From Malacoraja senta (Eukaryota), in the NCBI GenBank assembly GCA_038087875.1, contig CM076001.1, forward strand, positions 1,612,001-1,676,000: DNA of 64,000 nucleotides, given 5' to 3'. Position 1 is the stretch's first letter. Each line of letters begins with the position of its first letter. A program made the translations under genes and the position numbers. The notes under the pieces are model-generated. The model saw only the letters and a list, made by a program, of their open reading frames with translations, had not been told where the DNA came from and made no database searches. Below are positions 10,895 through 22,316 of this stretch, piece by piece.

Positions 10895-11384
10895 TATACT
10901 CCATCTGTACTCAGCTTGACAGTGATATATGGCCATGTCCTCAACTCTCAAACCACGAATTTTCAACGTAAAGGTCTTTTCCGCTTTTTTGGTCGACACA
11001 ACGACCCCTCCACCTGTTGTGATCCGCTGCCGTTCAGCACCGGGTTGTGCTTGCTTGAAGAAACGTCCTACATTAAATTCGTAGCTGCCAGTGGAACCTT
11101 CTTGGAAAAGGCAGGTGATGGTGACGGGTTGACACTCTTTTCCAGTCACCGCATTCGGGCTCTGGGTCACTGACTGACTGAGGGTGTCTGTAGATGAAAC
11201 ACAGGGTGAGGTGAGTGGGAATTCTAGGCGAACCACGGAAGAAGGATAAATCGCGGACAGAGTTGGAAATTCAGGTCGGAGTGGACTCGAGTTGTTTTAT
11301 GTTCAACCCGCACTGTGTGGGAGTAGGGGACTGGTACTCACGGCGTAAGCAGAGTGACAACACAAAAAACAGGAGGATTCCCAT
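10895..11384 (-). CDS. IgNAR-like (NAR-TCR) V gene, copy 1: leader 11384-11342, V exon 11187-10895
   Basis: Leader MGILLFFVLSLCLR with C|GTGAGT donor and acceptor CTACAG. V exon (H)TLSQSVTQSPNAVTGKECQPVTITC...GRFFKQ...TFTLKIRGLRVEDMAIYHCQAEYRWSI. It has a short FR2-CDR2 region and an extra FR1 Cys. Confidence 0.9.
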
Positions 11385-11407
11385 CGCGCGTTCTCCGGGA
11401 AAAATGG

Positions 11408-11648
11408 TTTACGTGACGAGAGGCTGGAGCCCAGGTCCCCCGACTGATCCTGCACCTGTCCAGACGCACTGAGCGGGAACCTCAGCTGGCCTTTTCGTTT
11501 CGTTGCGGGCGGTGCTCTGGGAATTTTTGAAAATCGATGTGCGAGGAGAGTGAGAGTTTGAGAAGGGGATCGTTAAATCTGCTGGTTTGTTTCGTGGCCT
11601 GGAATCTGACGTGAAGCATCTGATGTGGCTCTGACGTTTCTCTGACGT
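11408..11648. promoter_or_regulatory. Putative NAR V promoter with CRE-like motifs (copy 2 about 39898-40138)
   Basis: TTACGTGACG at 11409-11418, plus four TCTGA(C/T)GT motifs at 11605, 11619, 11630 and 11641. No octamer ATGCAAAT/ATTTGCAT seen. Confidence 0.35.
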
Positions 11649-12130
11649 TCGGTAGACCATTTCAAACATTCAGGCAACTGATCATATGGGGGTAGTAGTT
11701 AGGGTGAAGGCACAGTTCCCTCTCCAATCAGGCAGAAGATATAGAAGTGTGTAAACTCAAACCTCCAGATTCAGGGACAGATTCTTCCCAGCGCTTATCA
11801 GGCAACTGAACCATCCTACCTCCACCAGAGAGCAGTCCTGCCATACTATCTACCTCATCGCTGACCATCGGACTAACCTTATCGAACTTTGCTGGCTTTA
11901 TCTTGCACTAAACTGTATTCCATGCGCATGTATCTGTACACTGTGAATGGCTCGATTGTTACCATGTATTGTCTCTGCGCTGAATGGTTAGCACGCAACA
12001 AAGTTTCTCTCTGTACCTTGGTATACGTGACAATAAACTATACTGAACGGATGGGGGAGGTGTTTTGTCAACAGAGGCTATTGCTCCTCTGTGCAACTCC
12101 GCAACAATGGAGGAAGGCCAGTGCAAGGTA

Positions 12131-12168
12131 TGTTTGTTTGTTTGTTTGTTTGTTTGTTTGTTTGTTTG
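12131..12168 (+). repeat. (TTTG)n microsatellite (duplicate about 40621-40658)
   Basis: About 9 perfect tetramer units. Confidence 0.9.
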
Positions 12169-12409
12169 ATGAGAGGCTGCAAGGCCAAAGATAGTGGGAA
12201 TTGCTGCACCGCGGCTTATAAGATCGACGATAGTCGGGCTGGGTACCGGGTTCCCTCCGAATGTCAACGAGCCGGTGAAAGGGAACGCACAGATTGTAAT
12301 TAATTCATACACCTGCAGGGATGGGGAAACATAGAAACATAGAAAATAGGTGTAGGAGTAAGCCACTCTCCCTTCGATCCAGCACGGCAATTCATTATGA
12401 TCAAGACAG

Positions 12410-13348
12410 GTCGCAGATGAGGTGCGGTAGTTCTGTTGTTGAGGGATGAATTTCAGTCAATTCGGAGGGGTAACAGAGGGACTGACGATGTAAAGTCGCT
12501 GTGGATTGAATTGAGGAATTGCAAAGGTAAGACGACAATCGAAATTATCTGCAGGCCCCCAAAACGTGGCCTGGACATAGGGTGCAAGTTGCAGCAGGAG
12601 TTAAAATTGCCATGTAACAAATGTAATGCCACTGTTATTAGGGGGTTTTCAAAATGCACGTTGACTGGAGAAATCAGGTTGGGTCAGGAACCCAAGAAAC
12701 CGAGTTTGTAGAGTGCCTCTGAGACGGATTCTTCAAGCAGCTTGTATTGGAAATTACCAGAGAGAAGGCAACTCTGGATTTAGTGTTGTCTAATGGAACA
12801 GATTTAGTAAGGGAACTCAAGGTAAGGGAATCGCTAGGAGGGAGTGACCATCATATGATAAGTTTTAATCTGCAATTTGAGAGGGAGAAGGTTAAATCAG
12901 AATTGTCAGTGTTGCAGTTGAACAAAACGGACTATAACGGCATGAGAGAAGAGCGGGCCAAGGTCGCTGGAAAATGATCCTAGCAAGAATGACGGAGGAA
13001 CAACAATGGCAGGAATTTCTGGGCCTAATACAGAAGATGCAGGATCATTTCACTCCAAGGATAAAGAAAAAATCTAAGGGAGTAAGAGGCAACCGTGGAT
13101 GACAAAGGAAGTTGGGGACGGTATAAAAATAAAAGAAAAGATGTATAACATAGAAAAGAGTGGTGCGAAGCCGGAGGATTGGGAAACTTTCAAAGGACAT
13201 CAGAATGTAACACAAAGGGCAATACGGGGTGAAAAGATGAAGTACGAACGTAAGTTCGCCAGGTATTTAAAGGGCAGTAAAGCTTATTTAGGTATGTTAA
13301 GAGAAAAAGATTAGTAAAGGCAAATGTGGGTGCCTTGAAGGCAGAAAC
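12410..13348 (+). mobile_element. CR1 ORF2 fragment (endonuclease/linker region)
   Basis: SLWIELRNCKGK, ATLDLVL, LGGSDHHMISF motifs. Confidence 0.75.
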
Positions 13349-16300
13349 AGTTGAAATTAAGATCAAGTTCAAGTTACACCGAACAAATAGAACGTTTCGA
13401 CATGCGGACAAACATACTTTTACATAATGTTGCTCCTTGTTTCAGAAAAGATCAGCTGCGAAGGATAACATAGAACAGAGATACGGGCAGAATCGGAACA
13501 AGCCGTTCAGCCAACAATGTCTGTGCCGAACACGATGCAAAGCTCAACTGATCGTATCTCCTGTAAATCACTCATATCTCTCCTTTCCGTGCATGTCCGT
13601 GTGTTTATCTCAAAGCCTCTTAAAAGCCACTGTCGTATCGCCTCTATCACCATCCCCGGCAGCAGGTCCCATGTACTTACCGCTCTCTCCGTAGATAACC
13701 CGTACATATCGTTTGCGTGTTGCCCCCTTCACCTTAATGTTAGGGCATCTAGTCTTTAATAATTCTACCGTGGGAAAGAAAAAACCGTTCTGAATGCCTA
13801 CACTTTCCATATCTCTCATAAGTTCATATACTTTAATCAGATCGGAGTCCCTAACAATCCATGGGAAACAAGCCAACTCTGCCCCAACTATCATGAAAGT
13901 TAGCACCCTTTAATCCAAGTAGTATTCTGGGTATAGGGCTAGAGATACTCAATCTTCGGTTTAAACCAGCAGCTTCAGTTCCTTCCAACTAGTATTCTGG
14001 TAATCCTAGCCTGCGTCCTAACCAAAACCTCCACGCTTTTCCATCAATAATGCGATGGGAACTGTAGGCAACGCTACAAATGCGGCCAAACCAAGGCCTT
14101 TAAGCGCTGCATCGTGTTGTTGCAACAACGGATTTTTCCACAATGGGTCCTTTAGTTCACAGCCCCCATTGGCTGTGATTGTGATTGAACCCAGCAATGT
14201 CTCGGGAGACGACCATGGTAGACAGCAGATTGAATTATCTGCTAAGAATAAAAACACAATATCGCACATGTTAAATATCCTGCCCTAACTCATTTTCCAG
14301 ATTGAAGTCCTCAGCAAGTACACACAACTCAAAACAGACTGCACTCGAGGAGTCCATGGATGTTAGGAGCTCCAGTCGCCAGGCCGATTGTTAGCATTAC
14401 TCCCGGACTTGTCGGAAATTTCACGAACGTTGTGCATATTACAGACAAATCACAGAACATGTGGAAAACAAAGCTGTCTTCCGTTCACCTAACTTTTGTC
14501 TTAAAGGTACTTACGGAATAAACCTGCACAAAATATGAAGGAAAGCAGCATTTCCAACTATAGTTGACGTGACGGGAAGTTGGAGTCCGTGGCCCCGCAG
14601 TGCTCACCACGGCACTGTTATTCGCCGTAAAGGTCCTGCCCTGTTTGACTTCCCAAAAAAGAAAACCTCTCACTTATCTTCATTAAAATTCAACAACCAT
14701 TGCTAGGCACACTTGTTGAACTGATCAAGACCCTCCGGTGGCGTTAGATAATCATCTTCGCTCTCTACGACTCCACCTACCGTGGTGTCATCTTTAAACG
14801 TTCTATCCATGCCTTCTACATTCTCATCCAAAACGTCGATATAAATGTCAAACAGCAATGGGCCCAGAACTGATCCTTGAGGCACACAACAAGTCGCAGG
14901 CAACCAGTCCGAAATAAATATGTCGCGAAGGGCCAAATGGCCTGTTCCTGCACCTATTTTCTATTGTCTATTGTCTATTGTGTATCTCTGGGCTTTATCC
15001 AACTAGTTGCCTATCAACCCCCATTCTCTCCTGTGTCCCCTTAAATATGGCCAGGCTTTACCCTAACCCTCCTCTCCTTCGACTGTTCTCCTCTCCCCCT
15101 CACCACAATCAGTCAGAAGAACAGCCCCGAACTGAAACCACATCCATGTTCTCCAGATATTCTGCCTGACCCGTTGAGTTACTCCAGCATTCTATGCATT
15201 ATTTTTTGTAACGCAGCATCTGCAGTTTTCTCAGTTTCCCAACAATAATTTTATAGTGTTATTCCGATAGTCAAGGCCAATGTAGATGATAAATTGGTAC
15301 GAATATGGATACAAACTGAAGAACGTACCATTTAGTATGTTCAAACGGATATACATGCTGTTCCTGGGGCTCGGGGGATCCAATGATACGTGGAAGAAGG
15401 GGGATATCGGCCGTGATCAAATAGAAATGCGGACCAGCCTGACGTGCCGAAAGTCCCAGAATGCTCAGGGTACCGACGTTTTGGGGAAACTGATCGGAAA
15501 AACATTATTCATACCTGAAGAGTCTAGAGACCGAAGAAGGGTCTCGACCCGAAACGTCACCCATTCCTTCTCCCCGGAGATGCTGCCTGGCCCGCCGAGT
15601 TATTCCAGCATATTGTGTCTACCTTCGATTTACATCAGCATTTGCAGTTATTTCCTACACGTAATATTAAAGCAGTTGTGCTTTGTAACGTGGGAATCGA
15701 GAAATGTCCTGGGAAATGCGAGTGAGATATTGTGAGAAGGTTTGGGCAACACATCTGAGATGAAGGCTGTGCTGGCCCTGGAGAGGGAGGGGAGGAATGG
15801 GTGAACATATAATCAGCGCTTAACGGCACGGGTCTGTACTCGCTGGAGTTTAGAGGAATTGCCTTGGATCGACGCTCCAACCGCGGCCTGCAGACTTTAA
15901 TATCAAGGGCTCGTAGTCTCTGGAGAGACCGAGTCAGGAAGCTCCGGAAGCCGCACAACTTTCGACAAGCCTAGACCCGAGGTCAGAGCGCCGGCGCGGG
16001 GTAACTGAGATTCCCCACCGATGCAGGAGCTGATCGGCCCGACAAGGAAGGCCCGCCGCCAGCTATAGGAGTAAGATGTTCCCATCAACGGTTAGAGGCC
16101 CCCGACCGCTGGAGGACAAAGAAGAGAAGAGATTTAACTTTTGGTTTTCCCTTCATTACAATGAGGAATGTGGAAGTGTCACTGTGATGGATGTTGATGT
16201 TAAAATGTATTTTGTGTGTTGTGTTGCTTTTTATATTATATTGTATGACTGACTTGGCAAATGAAATTCCTCGCATGTTGCAAACAATACTTCGCTAATA

Positions 16301-16612
16301 AAGTATAATTTTATTGTATTGTATTGAATGCCGGAGTAGATTTGATAGGCCGAATGGCCTAATACTGCTCCTATCACGTATGGTCTTCTGATTTTATGAG
16401 CGCATGGAGTGGAACTAATAATGTTATTTTAAAACAATAGCTTTTCATAGACGCCCTATCAAATAGAAAAATATAAAGTATTGCTTCCCAAGATCATCAG
16501 CTGCAATTTAATGTAAGAAGGAGCCCAAAAGAGAGCGATTAGTCAACAACACACGCGACAGAAGTCCCGTTTGCGCAGAATCGTTAAGTGATGTCCGCAG
16601 ACACTGACTGCG

Positions 16613-17205
16613 TTGTCTCCCAAGTCTTTTATATCGCACCAGGAATATTGTGTGCAATTTTGGTCTCATAAGTTGAGGAAGGACATTATTGCTATTGAGG
16701 GAGTGCAGCGTAGGTTCACTAGGTTAATTCCCGAGATGGCGGGACTTACGTACGATGAAAGAATGGATAGACTCGGCTTGTACTCGCTGGAATTTAGAAG
16801 ACTGAGGGGGGATCTTATAGAAACTTACAACATTCTTAAGGGGTTGGACAGGCTAGATGCAGGAAGATTGTTCCCGATGTTGCGGGAGTCCAGAACAAGG
16901 GGTCACAGTTTAAGGATAAAGGGGAAATCTTTTAGGACTGAGATGAGAAAAACATTTTTTACACAGAGAGTGGTGAATCTCTGGAATTCTCTGCCACAGA
17001 ATGTAGTTGAGGCCAGTTCATTGGCTATATTTAAGAGGGAGTTAGATGTGGCCCTCGTGGCTAAAGGGATCAGGGGGGTATGGAGAGAAAGCAGGTACAG
17101 GATACTGAGTTGGATGATCAGCCATGATCATATTGAATGGCGGTGCACGCTCTAAGGGCCGAATGGCCTACTCCTGCACCTATTTTCTATGTCTATGTCT
17201 ATGTC
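16613..17205 (+). mobile_element. CR1 LINE 3' end
   Basis: ORF EYCVQFWS...IEGVQRRFTRLIP...RTRGHSLRIKG, followed by a (CTATGT)n tail. Confidence 0.88.
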
Positions 17206-18144
17206 TAGAATGGGTCGACTGGGCTTCTATTCGCTGGAATTTAGAAGGATGAGAGCGGATCTAATAGAAACATATAAAATTATAGACAACTGAAAAAGAC
17301 AATAGGTGCAGGAGTAGGCCATTCGACCCTTGGAGCCAGCACCGCCATTCAATGTGATCATGGCTGATTATCCCCAATCAGTACCCCGTTCATCTCTTCT
17401 CCCCATATCCCCTGACTCCGCTATCCAGAGAACCGGCCTCCATCGCCCTCTGAGGCAGAGAATTCCACAGACTCACAACTCTCTGTGAGAAAAAGTGTTT
17501 CCTCATCTCCGTTCTAAATACGGCGACGATGCGGAGCGCCACTCCGAACAGCAGCAGTTGTTGAAGTTCTTGAGACACCTCTTCGTTGCCATTAACCAAA
17601 GGCCAGACGCGTGCGCCAGATTCATGCACAGAGATGAAAAACTACGTGGTGATAAAGCACAGGCTATTTCCCATGACTGTCGTGTGTCGTCGTGCTGGGA
17701 TGTCCTTGTTTAATCCGTTGGCTGAGAAAACACAAGAAAATACTTTGATACTTTTTCTCCCCTCCCTTTCACGACAGTCTTCCAATGGGCTTAAGAGGGA
17801 ACTGCAGATGCTGGAAAATCGAAGGTACACACAAATGCTGTAGAAACTCTGAAGAATGGTTTCGCCCCGAAACGTTGCCTAGCTCCTTCGCTCCATAGAT
17901 GCTGCTGCACCCGCTGAGTTTCTCCAGTGTGTACCTTCCAGTCTTCCAATGGGGTTCAGTTATAAGATTGTCGTCTGTATAAGACGGAGAATATTTGATG
18001 AAGGTAACTTACATCGGCCAGCAGTTCGAGGTTGAGTTTGGTCGCAGTCAGAGATTGAAACTACAAAGTTATAATTTGAACCACGAGAACTAATTGCTTT
18101 GTTGGTATTTCATTGTTTACGTATTTCCTTACTAGTAGTTGAGT

Positions 18145-18158
18145 GCGCCATCTGGCGG
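18145..18158 (-). promoter_or_regulatory. CTCF-binding-like motif next to the pseudo-V RSS
   Basis: Minus strand CCGCCAGATGGCGC matches the CTCF core CCASYAGRKGGCRS closely; it lies 24 bp beyond the RSS nonamer. Confidence 0.55.
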
Positions 18159-18182
18159 CACCGTGCAAAATCGCTTGCGGTG

Positions 18183-18221
18183 GGTTTTTGTGCGGGTCCG
18201 CCGTGTTTCTTCTGCAACATG
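18183..18221 (-). promoter_or_regulatory. 23-RSS of TCR V pseudogene, heptamer damaged
   Basis: CATGTTG (18221-18215; the CAC is lost), 23-nt spacer, consensus ACAAAAACC (18191-18183). Confidence 0.75.
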
Positions 18222-18520
18222 CGGTCCATTGCACAAAGATACGTGGCGGAGTCGGTAATCACGGACGCGCGGATGATTAACTGGGTGGTCTTTGAGCCTT
18301 ATTGTACGTAGAAGAGAATCGGTCGGTGAGATCACCACTTCTCTTTAGTATCCTTGTCGTAATCCGAAACAGGATCCCTGGCGGCTGCTCACGTTGCTGT
18401 CTGTACCAATAAGCATTCTGGATTGTCCCTGCCTTTCACAGATTACAACTCTCAAATACGTCTGTTTCTAACCTATTTTAATGTCTGGACTTTGTTCCAA
18501 CCATCTGGCTATGAAGCACC
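18222..18520 (-). pseudogene. TCR alpha/delta-type V pseudogene
   Basis: Manual translation: LEQSPDIKIG*KQTYLRVVIC / YWYRQQREQPP...DRFSSTYNKAQ / KTTQLIIRASVITDSATYLCAMD. It has one stop and at least two frameshifts and ends at a 23-RSS. Confidence 0.82.
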
Positions 18521-19659
18521 CCCTCACCATTGTCCACCTATTATGTGTCCCGCATTATCCTGCCTCTTCTCTCTCCCAGCGCCGCCACCCCTCCCTACCA
18601 TCAGTCGGAAGAAGCGAAAACAGTCTTCGTCCGTAAGACTGAAAACGGTTCCAAATTGACTTAATTTCGACAAATATATTAGAGGAATCAGCGTGGATCG
18701 CCGAAACATGGAGGCACATGCACATACAGAGAATACTTAAATATGCAGGATTTCAACCATTAGGGGAATTCAAGTGGGAGAAGTTCCGTTCCCTATAAGA
18801 CAGCAAGCGGCAGAGATCATCCACACTATAAGGTTTTTGCCCGAGTGGTCAAGGAGGGGACATTTCCTCCTGTGGTATATATGTCCTGTGTCATGAAACA
18901 CATGGCTACGTTTTCGCAAAGTAACCCACAGGTGAGTTCGTCAGAATCCTCTTCATGTGGAATATCATGAGAATCTGTTCCTCCCTCGCAGGCGGTGTGG
19001 TGTAGGCAAATGACAGGCGTTTATAGACAAAACTTGAATCAGGACAGCGAACGCAATTGGGGAAAGGTGACAAGGTAAAGCGTACGGAAGTTTATGTGAG
19101 ACTCGAACAGACAAAATCCCACTATGTGCTGTGAACGTTCATTGTACATTCAAGTGGAGATTTAATCTCGCTATCACGTGGTCTATGTTTCCTTTTAAAA
19201 CGAAAACTTCACTTTTGCCACCCATGTTCCGGGTCTGAGCAATGCCGATTTCGCGACAGCGGTAATCCGCTCTCACCGGACAGAAAGGATGGAGGACACT
19301 TTAACCTGCACCTACACCAGCTTGTTGAATGTCCGCACAGATCATACCGTCTCTCTGACCACGCCATGAACGGCGAGATGGGGCAGCCGATGAAGAGGAG
19401 GGCAGACCGCTGATTTCATCTCATTCTTCAGAACGTGGGCCGTATAGCGCTTCTTGGTGCTAATTCTTCCAGAGTATGGAAAATGGATACCGGGTGTTCT
19501 GCGCTGGAGTGAGATTTCGAATTACAGCGGGGAATTACTGTTAATTAGAAGCAGTGTATAACGTGTCACGCGTGGAAGCATCGTCTAATCAAAGGCGTTT
19601 TAGCGACAAGGCGTCTGGTGTCGTTCATGTTGTCTTTCATAATGGAAGACACAAGGATC

Positions 19660-20960
19660 GTGTCTGAATGCAGGAGAGTCAGGGGGTGGAAGTTAGTGTA
19701 GTGTCTATTACTCTGGAGAAGGGATGCTGAACGGGCTGAAGGTGCGTAAGCCATCTGGACCTGATGGACTGCACCCGAGTGTTCTGAAAGGGGTGGCTTT
19801 AGAGATTTTGCAGGCATTCACATTGATATTTCAAGAATCACTGGAGACAGGAGATACGTAGTACTTAGAAGTTCACGATAAATATGTCGAAGTCAGCATG
19901 GCTTTGTGAAGGGGAGGTCTTGCTTTAAAAACATTCTGTGATCCTTTCAAGAGGTAAATACTCAAGACAACGGTGGTCAGTAGATGTTGTTAACTCAGAT
20001 TTCTGGAAATACTTTGATAATGGGCAACACGTGAGGAGACTAAGGACGATGAAACACCACGGTATCAAAGGGCAGATACTAACAAGCATAGATAGCAGGT
20101 TGGCTGGATGGCAGAAGACAAAGCGTGGCACAAAAGGGGGCTTTTTCTGGTTGGCTGCCAGTGACTAGTGGAGTTCCGCATGGGTCCGTTCTGGGAACGT
20201 CACTCATATTTTGCATATTAATGGTTTGCATGAGGGGATTGAAGGCTGTGTGGCCAAGTTCGCGAATGATACGAATATAGGTGGGGGGTCAGGTGCTGTG
20301 GAGAGGGCGGGGACTCTTCAGAAGGACTTGGACAGGTTGGGTGAGTGGCAGAAGGATGGAAGATGGAATAAAGTGCAGCAAAGTGTGGAGTCTTGCATTT
20401 TGTCAGTAGGAATAAAGGCGTAGAATATGTTTTTTTAAACAGGTAGATAATCCAGAAATCGGAGATGAAAATGGACTTGGGAGTGCTGATGCAGGATTCC
20501 CAAAATGTTAATCTGCAAGTCGAATCGTTACTAAAGAAAGCAGATTCAATGCCTGCATCTATTTCAAGAGGGTTTGTATCCAAACCAGGCTTGTAATGCT
20601 GAGTCTCTATAAGGCGCCGAGATGGCCGCATTTGGAATATTGTGAGCAATTATGGCCACAATATCTGAGGATGGATGTGCTGGGTCTGGAGAGGGTCCAA
20701 AGGAAGTTGACCAGAATGATCCCAATAAATAGTAGGTTAACCTACGAGGAGCGTTAGTCGGCACTGGGCCTGTGCTCACCGGAGTTTAGAACAATGAGGG
20801 GGGGACCTAATTGAAACATACAGAATAGTGAAAGGCTTGGATAGGGTGGATGAGGATGAGGATGTTGCCTCGAGTGGGAAAGTCTCTGAATGTAAGTCAT
20901 TGCCTCAGAGTTAAAGGACGTTCTTTTCGGACTGAGACGATGAGAAATGTCTTTAGTCAG
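19660..20960 (+). mobile_element. Degenerate CR1 RT and 3' region
   Basis: CVAKFANDTNIGG, LQKDLDRLGEW and other decayed CR1 RT motifs. Confidence 0.75.
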
Positions 20961-22316
20961 AGTGTGGCGAATAGTAACATAGAAATATAGAAACATAGAA
21001 AATAGGGGCTCAAGGAGGCTATTCGCCCCTTCGAGCCAGGACCGCCATTCATTTTGATCATTGCTGATCGTCCCCAATCAATAACCCGTGCCTGCCTTCT
21101 CCCCATATCCCTTGATTCCACTAGCCCCTGGATCTCTATCTAACTCTCTCTTAAATCCATCCAGTGATTTGGCCTCCCCTGCTGTCTGTGGCAGGGAATC
21201 CACAAATTCACAACTCTCAGGGTGAAAATGTTTTTTCTCACCTCAGTCTTAAATTACCTCGCCTCCATTCTAAAACTGTGGCCCCTGGTTCTGGACTCGC
21301 CGAGCAATGAGAATGTTTTTCCTGCATCTAGCTTGTCCAGTCCTTTTATAATTTTATATGTTTCGATAAGACATCCCTTCATCCTTCTAAACTCCAGTCA
21401 ATACAAGCCCGGTCTTTTCAATCTCTTCTCATATGACAGTCTCGCCATCCCAGGAATCAATCTCGGGAGCTACGCTGCACTGCCTCAATCACCAGGATGT
21501 CCTTCCTCAAATTAGGATACCAAAACTGTAGACAATACTCCAGATGTGGTCTCACCAGAGCCCTATACAACTACAGAAGAACCTCTTTACTCCTATTCTG
21601 AAATCCTCTTGTTATGAAGGCCAACATTCCATCAGCTTTATTCACTGCCTGCTGTACCTGCACGCCAACTTTCAGTGACTGGTGTACAAGGACACCCATG
21701 TCTCGCTGCACCGCCCACTTACCTAAGCTAGCCCCATTGAGACAATAATCTGCCCCTTTCTTTTTGCCGCCAAAGTGGATAACCTCACATTTATCTATAT
21801 TGTACTGCATTCTGCCACGCATCTGCCCACTCACTCAACCTGTCCAGCTCACCCTGCAACCTCCTAACATCCTCTTCACAGTTCACACTGTCACCCAGCT
21901 TGTGTCAATCGCAAACATGCGGTGTTGCTCCTATTTCCCTCTTCCAAATCATTAATATATATGATAAACAGTTACGGCCCGAACACCGAGCATTTCGGCA
22001 CTCCGCTCCCCACCGGCTGCCATTCTGAAAAGGACCCGTTCACTCCTACTCTTTGCTTCCAGTCTGCCAACCAATTTTCTATCCATGTCAACACCCCAAC
22101 CCCAATACCATGTGCTCTAATTTTACTCACCAGTGCGGGACCTTATCAAAGGCTTTCTGAAAGTCCATATACACTACATCCACTGGCTCCCCTTCATCCA
22201 TTTAACTTGTCACATCCTAAAATAATAGCCAAGCATGATTTCCCTTTCATAAATCCATGTTGACTTGGACTAATTAATGTACTGCTATCCAAATGCCCCA
22301 TTATTAACTTTTTAAT

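Larger units (their letters stand above)
6296..13348. repeat. Segmental duplication block B, copy 1: NAR-TCR cassette (partner 34788-41850)
   Basis: Colinear with 34788-41850 (offset about 28490), with visibly more substitutions than block A. Homology ends after GAAATT inside a CR1 remnant. Confidence 0.95.

Noticed and set aside
6448-11384. Interpretation as an IgNAR or IgH heavy-chain cluster
   Set aside because: There is only one D, no constant exons follow J, and the next exon is a leaderless TCR-type V with its own RSS, which fits NAR-TCR.
15531-15560. Hammerhead-like motifs at 15531, about 690-715, 26375, 26680, 46009 and 53140
   Set aside because: Each has a substitution in an essential core box (for example CCGAAGA, GATAC, CTGCAGA), so they are not called ribozymes.
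18715-18770. Possible decayed leader exon of the pseudo-V (MVEILHI*VFSVCAC)
   Set aside because: It has an in-frame stop and no clear donor; too weak to call.
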